From an uncultured cyanobacterium (GTDB lineage: Bacteria; Cyanobacteriota; Cyanobacteriia; Cyanobacteriales; Microcystaceae): a stretch of DNA of 50,580 nucleotides. Below are positions 1 through 11,143 of this stretch, one piece after another. How positions within the stretch are numbered: the stretch's first letter is position 1; the number at the start of each line of letters is the position of its first letter. The notes under the pieces are model-generated. The model saw nothing but the letters and a program-made list of their open reading frames with translations. It searched no databases and was not told the origin of the DNA. The translations under genes were made by a program, and so were the position numbers. The stretch spans positions 1-50,580 of the forward strand of contig CAWEDJ010000065.1 of the NCBI GenBank assembly GCA_963807635.1. The letters run 5' to 3'.

Positions 1-712
1 ACCGGCTGTTTCATGCTCATGCACACCGGCGGCAAACCCATCGCGTCAAAAAACAATTTGCTCACCACCGTCGCGTGGCGCCTCGGTGACCGGATGGCGC
101 AATACGCACTCGAAGGCAGCATCTTCATCGCTGGCGCGGTCGTGCAATGGCTTCGTGACGGCTTGGGCATCATCAAATCTTCCGGCGAGATCGAGGCGCT
201 CGCGGCACAAGTACCGGACAACGGTGGTGTGTATCTCGTGCCGGCCTTTGCCGGGTTGGGTGCGCCGCATTGGGACGCCTATGCGCGCGGCATCATCATC
301 GGCCTCACGCGGGGCACGACGCAGTTCCACATCGCTCGTGCCGCGCTCGAAGGAATCGCGTATCAAGTTGGCGACGTGCTCCGGATAATGGAAAATGACG
401 CCGGGATCCGCCTCAAGGAACTCCGCGCGGACGGCGGCGCGTGCGTCAACAATCTGCTGATGCAATTTCAGGCCGACTTGCTCGGCGTGCCCGTGGTGTG
501 TCCGCGCGTGGCCGAGACCACGGCACTCGGGGCCGCGTATCTGGCAGGTTTGGGCGTCGGGTTCTGGAAAGCAGCGTGAGATCGCCGCCCATTGGGAAGC
601 CGACCGCCGCTTCATCTCCGCTATGAAACCGGTCGTGCGCAAGAAACTTTTTCCGGCCGACCCGGGCGCTGGCACGGGCGAAAAATTGAACAGTTCGCTT
701 GAGAAGGTATAA
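1..712 (+). CDS. glpK: glycerol kinase, C-terminal part (5' truncated by window; indels near 570-690)
   Basis: Motifs [44 protein letters not shown]. After the stop at 579 another frame continues [12 protein letters not shown], a typical GlpK tail. Confidence 0.93.
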
Positions 713-766
713 ACTTCAAAATTCGTTCGCGACATCATGCTCGGTCGGACAATCGTTTCCAAAATC

Positions 767-2317
767 ATGAACCGCGCTGAAATGTTGCAACGCTTGCGGG
801 ATGAGCCGGGCGACTGGGATGTGCTGGTGATCGGCGGTGGCGCGAGCGGTCTGGCCACGGCGGTCGAATCGGTGGCGCGCGGCTACCGCACGGCGCTGGT
901 CGAGCAGGCCGATTTCGCCCAAGCCACTTCCAGTCGCAGCACGAAACTCATCCACGGTGGCATCCGCTATCTGCAACAGGGCCGCCTGTCGCTCGTGCGC
1001 GAATCTCTACGCGAGCGCGGCTACCTGCTCCGCAACGCGCCGCATCTCGTCCACCACCTGCCGTTCCTCCTGCCGGTTTACGCGTGGTGGGAACGCCCGT
1101 TTTACGGCGCGGGCATGAAACTTTACGACCAACTCGCGGGCAAACTGGGCATCGGTTGTTCCAGACATCTTTCGCGGCTGGAAACGCTCGCGCGGATGCC
1201 GGCGCTAGCGCGCGACGGATTGCGCGGCGGAATTTTGTATCACGACGGCCAGTTCGACGACGCGCGGCTGGCCATCACGCTCGCGCAAACGGTCGCCGAC
1301 CTCTCCGGTGTGGTGGTCAATTACATCAAGGTCGTGTCGCTGTTAAAACAAAATGAACGTGTCTCCGGTGTGTCGGTGCGCGACCTCGAAAGCGGCGAAG
1401 AATTTGAAGTGCGCGCCCGCGTGGTGGTCAATGCCACGGGCGCTTTCAGCGATGGAGTCCGTCGGCTTGACGACCGCACCGCGCCGGAGCTTCTCACGTT
1501 GAGCCAGGGCGCGCACATCGTTTTAGACAAATCGTTTTTGCCGGGCGGCTGCGCCTTGATCATTCCTCGCACGTCGGATGGCCGCGTGTTCTTCGCCATT
1601 CCGTGGCACGACAGGGTGCTCCTTGGCACGACAGATACGTTGGTTTCGGAGGCCTCGCTGGAGCCTCGTCCGCTGCGGATGGAAATTGAATTTCTCCTCG
1701 AGCACGCGGCGCGTTATCTCGCCCACGCGCCAACGGCAGCAGACATTTTGAGCGCATTCGCCGGCTTGCGTCCACTGGTCAAGGGCGGCGTCAGGAAAAC
1801 GTCGAAATTATCACGAAGTCATCAGGTGGTGGTCGCGCCGTCGGGTTTGGTCAGCCTCATCGGCGGCAAATGGACAACCAGCCGGTTGATGGCCGAGGAC
1901 ACGATGAACCACGCGGCCGCGGTCGGCGGTCTGTCGGCACAGTTGTCTTCGACGAAAACTTTGCGGCTGCACGGCTGGCGCGAAGCGGGCAACGACAGGC
2001 TGGAGTTGGCCGAATATGGCTCCGACGCCGGGGAATTGCTCGTCATGTGCGGAAGTGTTGGTAACAAACCGTTGCATCCGCATCTGCCGTATTGCGCTGG
2101 TCAGGTGGTCTGGGCAGTGCGCCGGGAAATGGCGCGCACGATCGAGGACGTGCTGTCGCGGCGCCTGCGGGCGCTGCCATTGGATGCGCGGGCCGCCGTC
2201 GAAATGGCGCCGCAGGTCGCGCACATCATTGCATTGGAACTGGGCCGCGATGAAAATTGGGAAAAACAGCAAACGTCAAATTTCCAGGAACTGGCATTGC
2301 GGCACTTGTTAAAATGA
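767..2317 (+). CDS. glpD: FAD-dependent glycerol-3-phosphate dehydrogenase/oxidase
   Basis: DVLVIGGGASG, ATSSRSTKLIHGGIRYL, DGQFDDARL, GGKWTT; directly follows glpK. Confidence 0.95.
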   Translation: MNRAEMLQRLRDEPGDWDVLVIGGGASGLATAVESVARGYRTALVEQADFAQATSSRSTKLIHGGIRYLQQGRLSLVRESLRERGYLLRNAPHLVHHLPFLLPVYAWWERPFYGAGMKLYDQLAGKLGIGCSRHLSRLETLARMPALARDGLRGGILYHDGQFDDARLAITLAQTVADLSGVVVNYIKVVSLLKQNERVSGVSVRDLESGEEFEVRARVVVNATGAFSDGVRRLDDRTAPELLTLSQGAHIVLDKSFLPGGCALIIPRTSDGRVFFAIPWHDRVLLGTTDTLVSEASLEPRPLRMEIEFLLEHAARYLAHAPTAADILSAFAGLRPLVKGGVRKTSKLSRSHQVVVAPSGLVSLIGGKWTTSRLMAEDTMNHAAAVGGLSAQLSSTKTLRLHGWREAGNDRLELAEYGSDAGELLVMCGSVGNKPLHPHLPYCAGQVVWAVRREMARTIEDVLSRRLRALPLDARAAVEMAPQVAHIIALELGRDENWEKQQTSNFQELALRHLLK

Positions 2318-3024
2318 CGACGCGAAAATTATTCTGCTTCGGCCATCGCGGCGCCTGCGGACACGAGCCTGAGAACACCGTCCGTTCCGTGCGCAAGGCG
2401 CTGGAGTTGGGTGCGGACGGCGTCGAAGTGGACGTGCATTTCACGGACGGCCAACTGGTGGTGATCCACGATGACACTTTAGACCGCACGACCAACGGCC
2501 AAGGCCGTGTGACGAAAAAATCCTTCGCCTGTCTCCGGTCGCTCGACGCCGGATCAGGCGAACACATTCCCACGCTGACGGAAATTTTCGACGCTGTGGA
2601 CCGCCGCGCCGTCATCAACGTAGAACTTAAAGGGGCGCACACTGCGGCGCCAGTGTCCGCGCTCATCGCCGAATACGTGAACCGCCGCGGTTGGAGTTAC
2701 GACGATTTTCTCATTTCTTCGTTCGACCTTGCACGGATTCGAGAGGCCAAACGATTGTGCCCCGAAATCCGCATCGGCGGGTTGATCGCGAAAACGCCGC
2801 GTGGCTTGGCGAAGTTCGCGGAAGTTTTGGGCGCATGGTCGCTGCACGTTAGCAAACGCTGCGTAACCCCAAAACTGGTAGTAGATGCGCATCGGTTGGG
2901 GCTGAAGGTGTTCGTTTTCACGATCAATCAGCCGGAGGAAATCGCCCGGATGAAACAGCTGGGCGTGGACGGCGTCTTCAGCGACTTTCCCGAAAGAGTA
3001 GTAACCGTCAAAAATCTTCAATGA
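2314..3024 (+). CDS. glpQ: glycerophosphodiester phosphodiesterase (GDPD family)
   Basis: GHRGA...ENT, EVDVH, HDDTLDRTT, NVELK, GVDGVFSDFP; ATGA overlap with glpD stop. Confidence 0.9.
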   Translation: MTTRKLFCFGHRGACGHEPENTVRSVRKALELGADGVEVDVHFTDGQLVVIHDDTLDRTTNGQGRVTKKSFACLRSLDAGSGEHIPTLTEIFDAVDRRAVINVELKGAHTAAPVSALIAEYVNRRGWSYDDFLISSFDLARIREAKRLCPEIRIGGLIAKTPRGLAKFAEVLGAWSLHVSKRCVTPKLVVDAHRLGLKVFVFTINQPEEIARMKQLGVDGVFSDFPERVVTVKNLQ

Positions 3025-3414
3025 AACGAACAATCGAACCGACAGCGCAGCCAAAACATGATGGATCCAGGGAAAATGTTCTCAATGACGCCGAAACAGG
3101 ATATCTTCACTGATAAGTTGTCTTGTTTCAATGCTTCCAACTTCCAAGTCTCGGCAAGGGCATGTGAACGTTGTTTTCACTTTGTTCCTGAAGTTGGCCG
3201 CACAAACAATCGGATTATCAAAGCCTGCCAGGGGCACAACCGCAAAGCAGGCCATCGCGCCGATGCACGCCGGGCGCTGGTAAGGATGCCATCCCGGGAA
3301 GAGTACGAAAAAAAGCCGCCCCGAAGATTCCAACCCCGGAACACATAGCCAAGCCATATATCACCTCTTGATTTTCCAACCCTCAACCATCAAACCTGTG
3401 AGACGCCATTAAGT

Positions 3415-5424
3415 TCATTTTTTCTTTTCGGTTATCGCTTTATTCAAGTTTTGGCGCGGGTAAATCAAACGATAAAACCGAATTTGAACGGGCGGCTTGT
3501 AACAAGCATTCGATCCGAACGCAGTATCAGCCGAAACACTCAGGGATGTGACTTCCAACCCGGCCAGGGCCCGTTGCGATTCCGTGGACGCGAGCCAGCC
3601 GAAAGACAGATTGTCCCCGATGAAGGGGGAAACCAGGAATCCACTGCGGGCCATCCCTGGAATCATGCGAAACCGATGTTCTCCATAATCACGCAGCGAG
3701 ACATTCAACTGCAGACCGGGTGGTTTGTAGAGAGTCGAAGCCAGGTCTCCCCAAAAGGATTTTTTTATGTCCATCTCAACCCAGACCGGACCATCACCGA
3801 CGGCAGGCACCGGGACCGATTCCCCGAACTGAGCCACCACATTCGTCAGCAGCTCCAGGTGATACGCGCGAGGTGAGGCTGAGTGAGCCAGAACCAGGAA
3901 CGTTGCGCGACCATCGGATGCCCCGCGGATGTCGTAGCGCGTCAATAATTCCGGCCACGACCGGCCATCGTCCAGTGAAGGATAGCGACCGTCGATTGTT
4001 TTTACCTGAAAGAACAGGTAATCCGGAGCGCGCGGGGTCCGGAGAAAAGAAGCGTTTAATTCAGCCAACTCGGGAGTGTATGCGCTGAAACTCTGGATCA
4101 CCGGCCGCGGGTCATAACGAAAATTCTGCGCGAATACGGCGGTCAGGTTCCCCGTATAAAGATCCACTTCTCCTGAAACCGCCGGCAAAGGCCATCGTGT
4201 TCGTATGGTGAGAGCATCCTCTTCGAAATGCCGGTACAAAGACCCCGTGAACGCGGATTGGACGGGAGCCGTCAGGCTGCGCAAGCTGAATGTCCCCGCC
4301 AGCTGCCTTGCCAGTCCCTGCTCCGAAAACCAGTGGCTGTAAACGGCAGAGGCAAAAAGCGCGCAGGCCGGCAGCAGCGTCACGCCGGCGTATCGCAGCC
4401 AGCTTCTTTTCTCGCGCCACGTGACCGCCAGGCTGGCCAGCGCGATGAGCAGAAGTCCGGTTGTCGCGCCGACCTCGTGCCGGTCGCACCGCACAAAACC
4501 CTCTTTGAAGATGAGGAACAGAATGGCCCCCAGGCCGGCGAGAACCAGCCCGCCCTGGAACCGGGGCCTGCCCCGGGCAACGAAGCCGGTCAGGCCGGTA
4601 ACCGAGGCGGCCAGCACAAGAAAACAAATCACGTCACGGGTTTCGGTTGCCCCCTTCCTCATCATCGCTTCAGTGTAGCCGCCGGTGATCCGTAATGAGT
4701 TGAGAAGATATGGCGCGAGCGAGCTCCAATGCTGTCCCGCCGCCTTCCAAAAGCACAGAATACTGGCCCCCAGCACAACGACGATCCAGGGAAACCGGCG
4801 CCGCCGGAGTTCGTCAGTCGCAATCACCGCCACCACCGCTGCCGCGGCGATGAAGCCGGTAAATTTTGCCAGGCTCAACAGTCCCAATGACACCACGAGC
4901 GCGATCTGGATCGACGTGAACGAGTCCTCCTCGACAAAGAAATGCAGAAACAATAACAGTACCGACCAGGCGACAAGTCGAGCACTAAAGTCATCCCCCA
5001 CCGGGATGCTCGAAAACGCCGTGAAGGCGATCAGCCAGAGCCAGGAGATCGCCAGGTTGTCGGAGAAATGCCGCGCCACTCGCCCGGCCGCTCTCCAAAA
5101 GATGACCGACAGCCCGATCCATACCACCATAGAAACCCAATGCGTCGATGGATGGTAACCCCGGCTGATAAAGCCCCAAGGGCCGTAAGTGAAGACAAGC
5201 TCGCGACCAAACTGGAAGTTCTGGGAGAAAGCTATGTGCAATGCTTGCGTCCAGGCATTGTCGATGTCATCGACGGCAGGGTACTGGTCCGGCGGCGTGC
5301 AAGGCAGGAACCTCGAGAACACATAGAACAAGGCGCTTATCCCGGCCAGCCAGGGAAGCGCCGTTTGCCATCGTTCGTTTTTCACCGGAGAATTCAACTC
5401 GGCCGGAGATTTGAGCCGGAACAA
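3415..5424 (-). CDS. large polytopic membrane protein, possibly GT-C-fold glycosyltransferase-like
   Basis: 669-aa ORF with many hydrophobic segments, an acidic loop after the first TM (DDIDNAW...FTYGPWG) and a soluble C-terminal region. Function is inference. Confidence 0.6.
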   Translation of the reverse strand: MFRLKSPAELNSPVKNERWQTALPWLAGISALFYVFSRFLPCTPPDQYPAVDDIDNAWTQALHIAFSQNFQFGRELVFTYGPWGFISRGYHPSTHWVSMVVWIGLSVIFWRAAGRVARHFSDNLAISWLWLIAFTAFSSIPVGDDFSARLVAWSVLLLFLHFFVEEDSFTSIQIALVVSLGLLSLAKFTGFIAAAAVVAVIATDELRRRRFPWIVVVLGASILCFWKAAGQHWSSLAPYLLNSLRITGGYTEAMMRKGATETRDVICFLVLAASVTGLTGFVARGRPRFQGGLVLAGLGAILFLIFKEGFVRCDRHEVGATTGLLLIALASLAVTWREKRSWLRYAGVTLLPACALFASAVYSHWFSEQGLARQLAGTFSLRSLTAPVQSAFTGSLYRHFEEDALTIRTRWPLPAVSGEVDLYTGNLTAVFAQNFRYDPRPVIQSFSAYTPELAELNASFLRTPRAPDYLFFQVKTIDGRYPSLDDGRSWPELLTRYDIRGASDGRATFLVLAHSASPRAYHLELLTNVVAQFGESVPVPAVGDGPVWVEMDIKKSFWGDLASTLYKPPGLQLNVSLRDYGEHRFRMIPGMARSGFLVSPFIGDNLSFGWLASTESQRALAGLEVTSLSVSADTAFGSNACYKPPVQIRFYRLIYPRQNLNKAITEKKK

Positions 5425-5614
5425 TCCAGTCTGGCGCTGAATACGGGTTTGATCTGCACGCCGCCTTTATAGTGCAAGCAAATCCAATGTTAAACAGATT
5501 TTCGGCAGCCCGGCTTCAGGACGCATTGACCTCCGTGCTTCTAAAAGCCGGACGAGACGCAAAAGGTCGTGTGAAATGCCCGCTGATGGACAATGGTGCG
5601 GGTGGTTGCCCGCC

Positions 5615-6295
5615 TATTTTTTTGTCGGTGATCAAGATAAGCAGGATCTTCTAAAACGGCTTCCATTACGCTCAGGATCGGTGACAAAGTAGGGAGAGAT
5701 ATAACCCTTGTCAAAACGCATCCCTTCGGTGATTTTCCAATTCGGTGGTCATGGATTTGCCTTCTTCAAGGGAAATTACGCCCTCTTTACCGACTTTATC
5801 CATCGCATTGGCAATCATTTGACCCACTTCTTCGTCGTTACCCGCAGAGATCGAACCTACTTGGGCGATCGCCTTGGAATCTTCAACGGGCTTAGCGTGT
5901 TCAGCAATCCGTTCAACCAAGAATTCAGTCGCTTTGTCGATACCGCGTTTGATGGCGATAGGATTAGCACCTGCGGCAACGTTGCGTAAACCTTCTTTGA
6001 CAATGGCATGGGCGAGAACCGTTGCGGTGGTGGTTCCGTCTCCAGCAACATCATTGGTTTTAGAAGCCGCTTGACGAATCAGGGAAACCCCTGTATTTTC
6101 GATATGATCGTCTAATTCAATTTCTTTAGCAATGGTGATCCCGTCATTAATGATTTTAGGGGCACCAAATTTTTTTTCTAGGACAACATTACGACCCTTG
6201 GGCGAGAGGGTAACAGCAACTGCTTCTGCGAGGATATCAATCCCTCTTTCGAGGGCGCGACGAGCTTCGTCGTTATAAACAATGGATTTAGCCAT
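5615..6295 (-). CDS. groEL: chaperonin GroEL, N-terminal ~225 codons, truncated at the composition junction
   Basis: [27 protein letters not shown]. Across indels the homology continues [37 protein letters not shown] to ~5615. Confidence 0.95.
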
Positions 6296-6379
6296 AGGAA
6301 TTGTACCGTTGTAGGAAAAAGGTGAAATTTAGAAAGTTTTACTCAGTTAAAAGCAAGGAATGGGAGCCGTGAAATCGGC

Positions 6380-6688
6380 TTAAACCACAGAAGCGAGGAT
6401 ATCTTTTTCGGTGAGAAGAACATACTCATCGCCACCTAATTTGATATCGGTTCCTGCGTATTTGGAATAAAGGACTTTATCACCTACGCCCACATCCAAG
6501 GGGGAGCGGCTACCGTCATCGTTGCGTTTGCCAGGCCAACGGCGACAATTTCACCGATTTGGGGTTTTTCTTTGGCGTTATCGGGTAAATAAATACCACC
6601 GGCGGTTTTTCTTCCGAGGGGCTAACTTTAACAAAACGCGATCGCCTAAGGGTTTTACAGTAGAGACATTAATGCTGATAGCTGCCAT
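6380..6688 (-). CDS. groES: co-chaperonin GroES (three single-base homopolymer deletions; absent from ORF track)
   Basis: Manual translation: [70 protein letters not shown]. Confidence 0.95.
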
Positions 6689-6741
6689 GAATAATCATCC
6701 TCCTGATGAAGATAAAATAGGGGAGTTGAGAGAATGGAGAT

Positions 6742-6768
6742 TTAGCACTCTCACCTCATGAGTGCTAA
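6742..6768. promoter_or_regulatory. CIRCE element (HrcA operator)
   Basis: Perfect TTAGCACTC-N9-GAGTGCTAA upstream of groES. Confidence 0.97.
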
Positions 6769-6807
6769 TGTAACCAATTTAAGTCCCGTCCCGCAAGCCT
6801 TCGTTAA

Positions 6808-6823
6808 GTGTGGTTTCCCGAAC
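6808..6823 (-). promoter_or_regulatory. K-box, cyanobacterial groESL activating element
   Basis: Minus strand reads GTTCGG-GAAA-CCACAC, matching consensus GTTCGG-NNAN-CCNNAC, just upstream of CIRCE. Confidence 0.85.
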
Positions 6824-6865
6824 TTTGGGGTTTGAGCCTAAAATTTGTGATGTCACTATGACACC

Positions 6866-7526
6866 TTAAGTAGATGGCAAAACAGAGTCATTGGGGTTAG
6901 GTTTGTTGGACAATTGATTGCTGACTCGTCGTAAAACCCCATTAATAAATCGGTGTCCTTCCTCATCGGAATAACGTTTAGCTAATTCGATCGCCTCATT
7001 AATCGCGACCTTTTGGGGAACCTGAAGAAAGATCAATTCTGCTAATGCCAATCGCAAAATATCCTGATCAATTTTCGGTAAACGATTTAATTGCCAATCG
7101 ACCAGGGAGTTTTCCAGTTGCTGATCAATTTCTTGACGACGACGATGAACCGTTCCAATCAGTTCTAAGGTATATTCCCTTACTTCGTACTGGCTAGCCA
7201 ATTGAATCATTTCTGGTAGTTGACGGCGATCGCTAGGCGATTAATGGCAACTTGGGTCATATCGATCGCTTCTTTGATCATGTGCCTTTGCACCATCTAG
7301 GGAATTGGCACGAATTTCACTGCTCAGAAGTCTTTCATTACTCCGACTTACCTCATCTGAAGCCGTTTCTAAAATCTCATGAATTTCGCTAGTCAAAGTC
7401 CGAATCGCCGCTAAAACCAAAGAATTGGCATCTTCTTTTTCTAATTTTTCAGGATTATTTTTAATTTGACTGAGACTCAACAGGGCTAATTCACGGGCAA
7501 TACGTCGGGGTTGTTGGCAGAGACAT
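6866..7526 (-). CDS. nusB: transcription antitermination factor NusB (split by indels)
   Basis: [17 protein letters not shown] at the N-terminus; [31 protein letters not shown] and FINGVL in the C-terminal ORF 6866..7210. Confidence 0.92.
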
Positions 7527-7684
7527 AAAAATTTAAAGTGGGAATGATCCCAGGGATGGAGAAAGATTGAAAAAATAAGGAGTGGGAGTCAAAGGTTAAG
7601 TTTAGTCTGAATCTCATCCTAATCTGCGATCGCAATTTGGACTTTAAGCTCAAGCAAACGCGATCGACTCCCGTAGAAACTATC

Positions 7685-8506
7685 TCACGATGAACGAGGA
7701 GCTTTAGGTCTAGATTGAATTTCAGATATAATATTACGCAATCCCAATGCCCCCGCAGTGGCATAACCGATCGCCAACATCAAACTATTTAAACCCGTGC
7801 GTAATCCCTGCTTAACTGCCTGGCTGGTGGCTTCCCCTTCGGCTTTGGATTGACGCTCTTGTAATTGAGTTTCCAGTTGTTTTTTGATTTCAGCAATCTT
7901 GCTTTTGTAGGCGGCGGGATCTTTTGATAAATCTCGTAATCCCTGCAATTGAGCTTTTTCATTTTGAATTGACTGCAATTGCTCAGGAGAAAGGGGATTC
8001 CCTTGGAACTGTCCACTCTCAATGACTTTAGCACGCTGTTCAATTTGTTGATTCAACACCTCTGGATTTTGGGAAAGACTATTCACCTGTCTCAGAAATC
8101 CTTGTATTTGCTCTTTTCCTTGGCTGGCTCCTTTTTCTATCTGCGTCAAAGCTTCGGATTTAGCTTGATTCAAATTATTAAGATGAATAGGAACAATCAA
8201 TAAAAACATCAATCCCAAGATAGCGGATAATACAAAAGTAGGAAGCCGTAAATCAAAACCAGAAGATGAATTTTTAGGGTTATTCGCATTAATAACCGAC
8301 TCAATCCAATATCCCACCATAATCATGCCGACCCCGACCATCGGCACAATGCCCCGATCAACCAAACTGGTTACGAGTCCTAACTGCCACTGGGGATCTT
8401 TAAAATTGAGAGGAATAAGAAGAGTCAGATAATCTAGCAAGGAAGAAAGAATAAAAACTACGCCAAAAAGTTTGACACACAGTACCGTTAAAGTTGAATT
8501 ATTCAT
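7685..8506 (-). CDS. HpsJ-family membrane protein
   Basis: Three N-terminal TMs with LLDY..WQ..LVDRGIVPMVG, coiled-coil middle, C-terminal TM. Confidence 0.75.
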   Translation of the reverse strand: MNNSTLTVLCVKLFGVVFILSSLLDYLTLLIPLNFKDPQWQLGLVTSLVDRGIVPMVGVGMIMVGYWIESVINANNPKNSSSGFDLRLPTFVLSAILGLMFLLIVPIHLNNLNQAKSEALTQIEKGASQGKEQIQGFLRQVNSLSQNPEVLNQQIEQRAKVIESGQFQGNPLSPEQLQSIQNEKAQLQGLRDLSKDPAAYKSKIAEIKKQLETQLQERQSKAEGEATSQAVKQGLRTGLNSLMLAIGYATAGALGLRNIISEIQSRPKAPRSS

Positions 8507-8929
8507 GATTTTTGGATTTTAATCTATTGAAGTCTTATTTGAGGCTGAATTTGCGATTTTTAAATAGTTAGACAAAATAAAGATTATCTTTTCGCAACAA
8601 AATAGGTCAACTTACCACTATAAATGACAGGTGTCATCATTTTATCGGCCCTGAGTCTTTTCTAAAGTTCTGGAAAATCTGAAAATTCTGATAAAATCCC
8701 GCGAATAAAGCTTATTTTAAGATAAATCTTTCAACAGACCCCCGTAGTGATTGTCATTAATCGAGATGAACATTATTTTTAATGAAGTTATGGGCAGTAT
8801 GGGCTTTCCAATGGTGAAATTTTAATATAATAGGGGGATAAATTGGGAGATTTTCTAAATAGATGGGGAAAACACTCTGCTTTGTCTATGGCAAAATTCT
8901 TAATTTATAGACCTTTTCGCTAATTCAGG

Positions 8930-9658
8930 ATGACTCAGATGAAACCAGGGGTTGAGATTTTACCGAATAAAGAGGCGTTGATTGCGCGATCGCTGAAATT
9001 GGTGGTTGAAAAACTCAACCGAGCGGTTGAAACCAGAGGAGAGGCGACCATTGCCCTATCGGGAGGAAGCACCCCGAAACCCCTCTACGAAGCCCTGGCA
9101 TCCCAACCTCTGCCTTGGTCAAAGATTCACATCTTTTGGGGAGATGAACGCTACGTTCCCAGTGATCATCCCGACAGTAACGAACGCATGGCCCGTCAGG
9201 CATGGTTAGACCAAATCGATATTCCTGAGCATAACATCTACCCTATGCCCACAGAAGCGGGTGATCCGCAAGTCGATGCTCAGTCCTATGAAAATGAATT
9301 GGCTCGATATTTTCAGGTGGCGGCGGGAGAATTTCCTGCCTTTGATGTCATTCTTTTGGGGCTAGGAGATGATGGCCACACTGCCTCCCTGTTTCCCCAC
9401 ACCCAAGCCTTGCAAGTCTGCGATCGCCTGATCACCGTCGGTAATAAGGATGGTCAACCCCGTTTAACCTTTACCGTGCCATTAATTAATCAGGGACGGT
9501 GTGTGATTTTCCTCGTAGCAGGAGCCAGTAAACAGCCTGCACTAGCTGAAATTTTTGCTGAAACCTCCGATCCCCAAACCTATCCCGCCCGATTTATCCG
9601 ACCCCAGGGAGAATTATTCTGGTTATTGGATGAATCAGCAGGAGCCGCCTTTAAATAA
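8930..9658 (+). CDS. pgl: 6-phosphogluconolactonase
   Basis: ALSGGSTP, FWGDERYVP, LLGLGDDGHTASLFP. Confidence 0.95.
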   Translation: MTQMKPGVEILPNKEALIARSLKLVVEKLNRAVETRGEATIALSGGSTPKPLYEALASQPLPWSKIHIFWGDERYVPSDHPDSNERMARQAWLDQIDIPEHNIYPMPTEAGDPQVDAQSYENELARYFQVAAGEFPAFDVILLGLGDDGHTASLFPHTQALQVCDRLITVGNKDGQPRLTFTVPLINQGRCVIFLVAGASKQPALAEIFAETSDPQTYPARFIRPQGELFWLLDESAGAAFK

Positions 9659-9676
9659 TTTACCTTGATTCCATTT

Positions 9677-10309
9677 ATGTTGATTTGTCCTAATTGCAAC
9701 CATACCAACCCCGAAGGCGCGACCCAGTGCGAAGCCTGCTACACTCTGCTACCCCAAATGATTCATTGTCCCCATTGCAACGCCCCCATTCAAACGGATG
9801 CAACCTTTTGTGGCAGTTGTGGTAACAGTGTGACTGCTCAACCTCCTGTGATTGCTGCCGAAAGTTCCATGACGAGTAGAGCAGAAACGCCCAATATTAC
9901 TCCAGAAATTCCTGCGATCGCCCAACCCCCAGTCCAACCAATCGCGACTCCTGCTGTTATGGGAGTGACCCAACTGCAAGTCCAATCTGCCAGCCTGCTC
10001 CACTTGCAAACCCAGACCCAACTCGATTTTCCCCAGGGATTGGCGGTCATTCATATCGGGAAACCCAATGAACAAATTCCCCCTGATATTGATGTGTCGG
10101 GCTTCCCGAATTCGGATATTGTCTCTCGCATTCATGCGGATATTCGCCTAGAAGGAGATACTTACTACATTGAGGATGTGGGCAGTGCCAATGGAACCTA
10201 CATTAATCACGGGACACTGATTAAAGGGAATCGGCATCGTTTACGGGCGGGCGATCGCATTTCGTTAGGGAAAGGAGATTTGATGACCTTTATTTTTCAA
10301 CTGACCTAA
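9677..10309 (+). CDS. double zinc-ribbon + FHA domain protein (FraH-like)
   Basis: Four CxxC pairs, Pro-rich linker, FHA motifs VSRIHA and GSANGTYIN. Confidence 0.85.
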   Translation: MLICPNCNHTNPEGATQCEACYTLLPQMIHCPHCNAPIQTDATFCGSCGNSVTAQPPVIAAESSMTSRAETPNITPEIPAIAQPPVQPIATPAVMGVTQLQVQSASLLHLQTQTQLDFPQGLAVIHIGKPNEQIPPDIDVSGFPNSDIVSRIHADIRLEGDTYYIEDVGSANGTYINHGTLIKGNRHRLRAGDRISLGKGDLMTFIFQLT

Positions 10310-11143
10310 TTTTGATACCAGGAGGATTCATGGAAAAAAAGAGGCAATTTGGTTCAATTTTAGGTATCCCGTTTTATCTTGATTCTTCTTGGTTTTTGAT
10401 TTTGGGATTAGTTACCCTAGTTAATGCGGGGGAAATTAATGGTGGAGTTTTGCAAGGAAACTCTCCCTGGTTGGGGTGGTTATTGGGCTTTGTGATGGCC
10501 TTATTGCTCTTTGGTTCGGTTTTATTACACGAATTGGGCCATAGTTTAGTGGCTCGTTCTCAGGGCATCACGGTGAATTCGATTACCCTTTTTCTCTTTG
10601 GCGGTGTTGCTTCCATTGAACGGGAATCCAAAACGCCGATGGGAGCTTTTTCTGTGGCGATCGCGGGGCCATTAGTCAGTTTTGCCTTAGGTATCCTTTT
10701 TTTTACCCTGGGGAATTTGAATCAAGAATCGGCACTGTTGAGTTATTTAACCGATGATTTAAGTCGAATTAATTTATTTTTAGGATTTTTTAATTTAATT
10801 CCTGGCTTACCCCTGGATGGAGGGCAAGTCCTCAAAGCCATAGTCTGGAAAGTGTCAGGCGATCGCTTCACGGGAGTGCGTTGGGCCGCTAGAAGTGGCA
10901 AATTCATCGGCGGTCTGGGTTTATGTTTAGGTTTATTAGTAATTCTTTCTTTGGGCGACTTTAGTGGAGCTTGGTTGGCTCTCATTGGTTGGTTTGTCTG
11001 GCGCAATGCCGATGCCTACGACCGTTTAACGGATTTACAAAATAGTTTATTAAGCATTTTTGCGGCTGAGGTGATGACCCGCAATTTCCGCGTAATTGAT
11101 GCTAATCTCACCCTGAAAGACTTTATTGATACTTATATAATTA

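Noticed and set aside
3025..3414. Short ORFs between glpQ and the membrane protein
   Set aside because: Several competing frames and no motif; no call can be supported.
46..5472. Many overlapping and antisense ORFs in the GC-rich part
   Set aside because: Expected shadow ORFs in high-GC DNA, with no recognisable motifs.
1..5614. Horizontal transfer of a glycerol operon into a cyanobacterium
   Set aside because: The junction cuts groEL, shows no mobility signature and adjoins error-rich sequence; an assembly or concatenation artefact is simpler.
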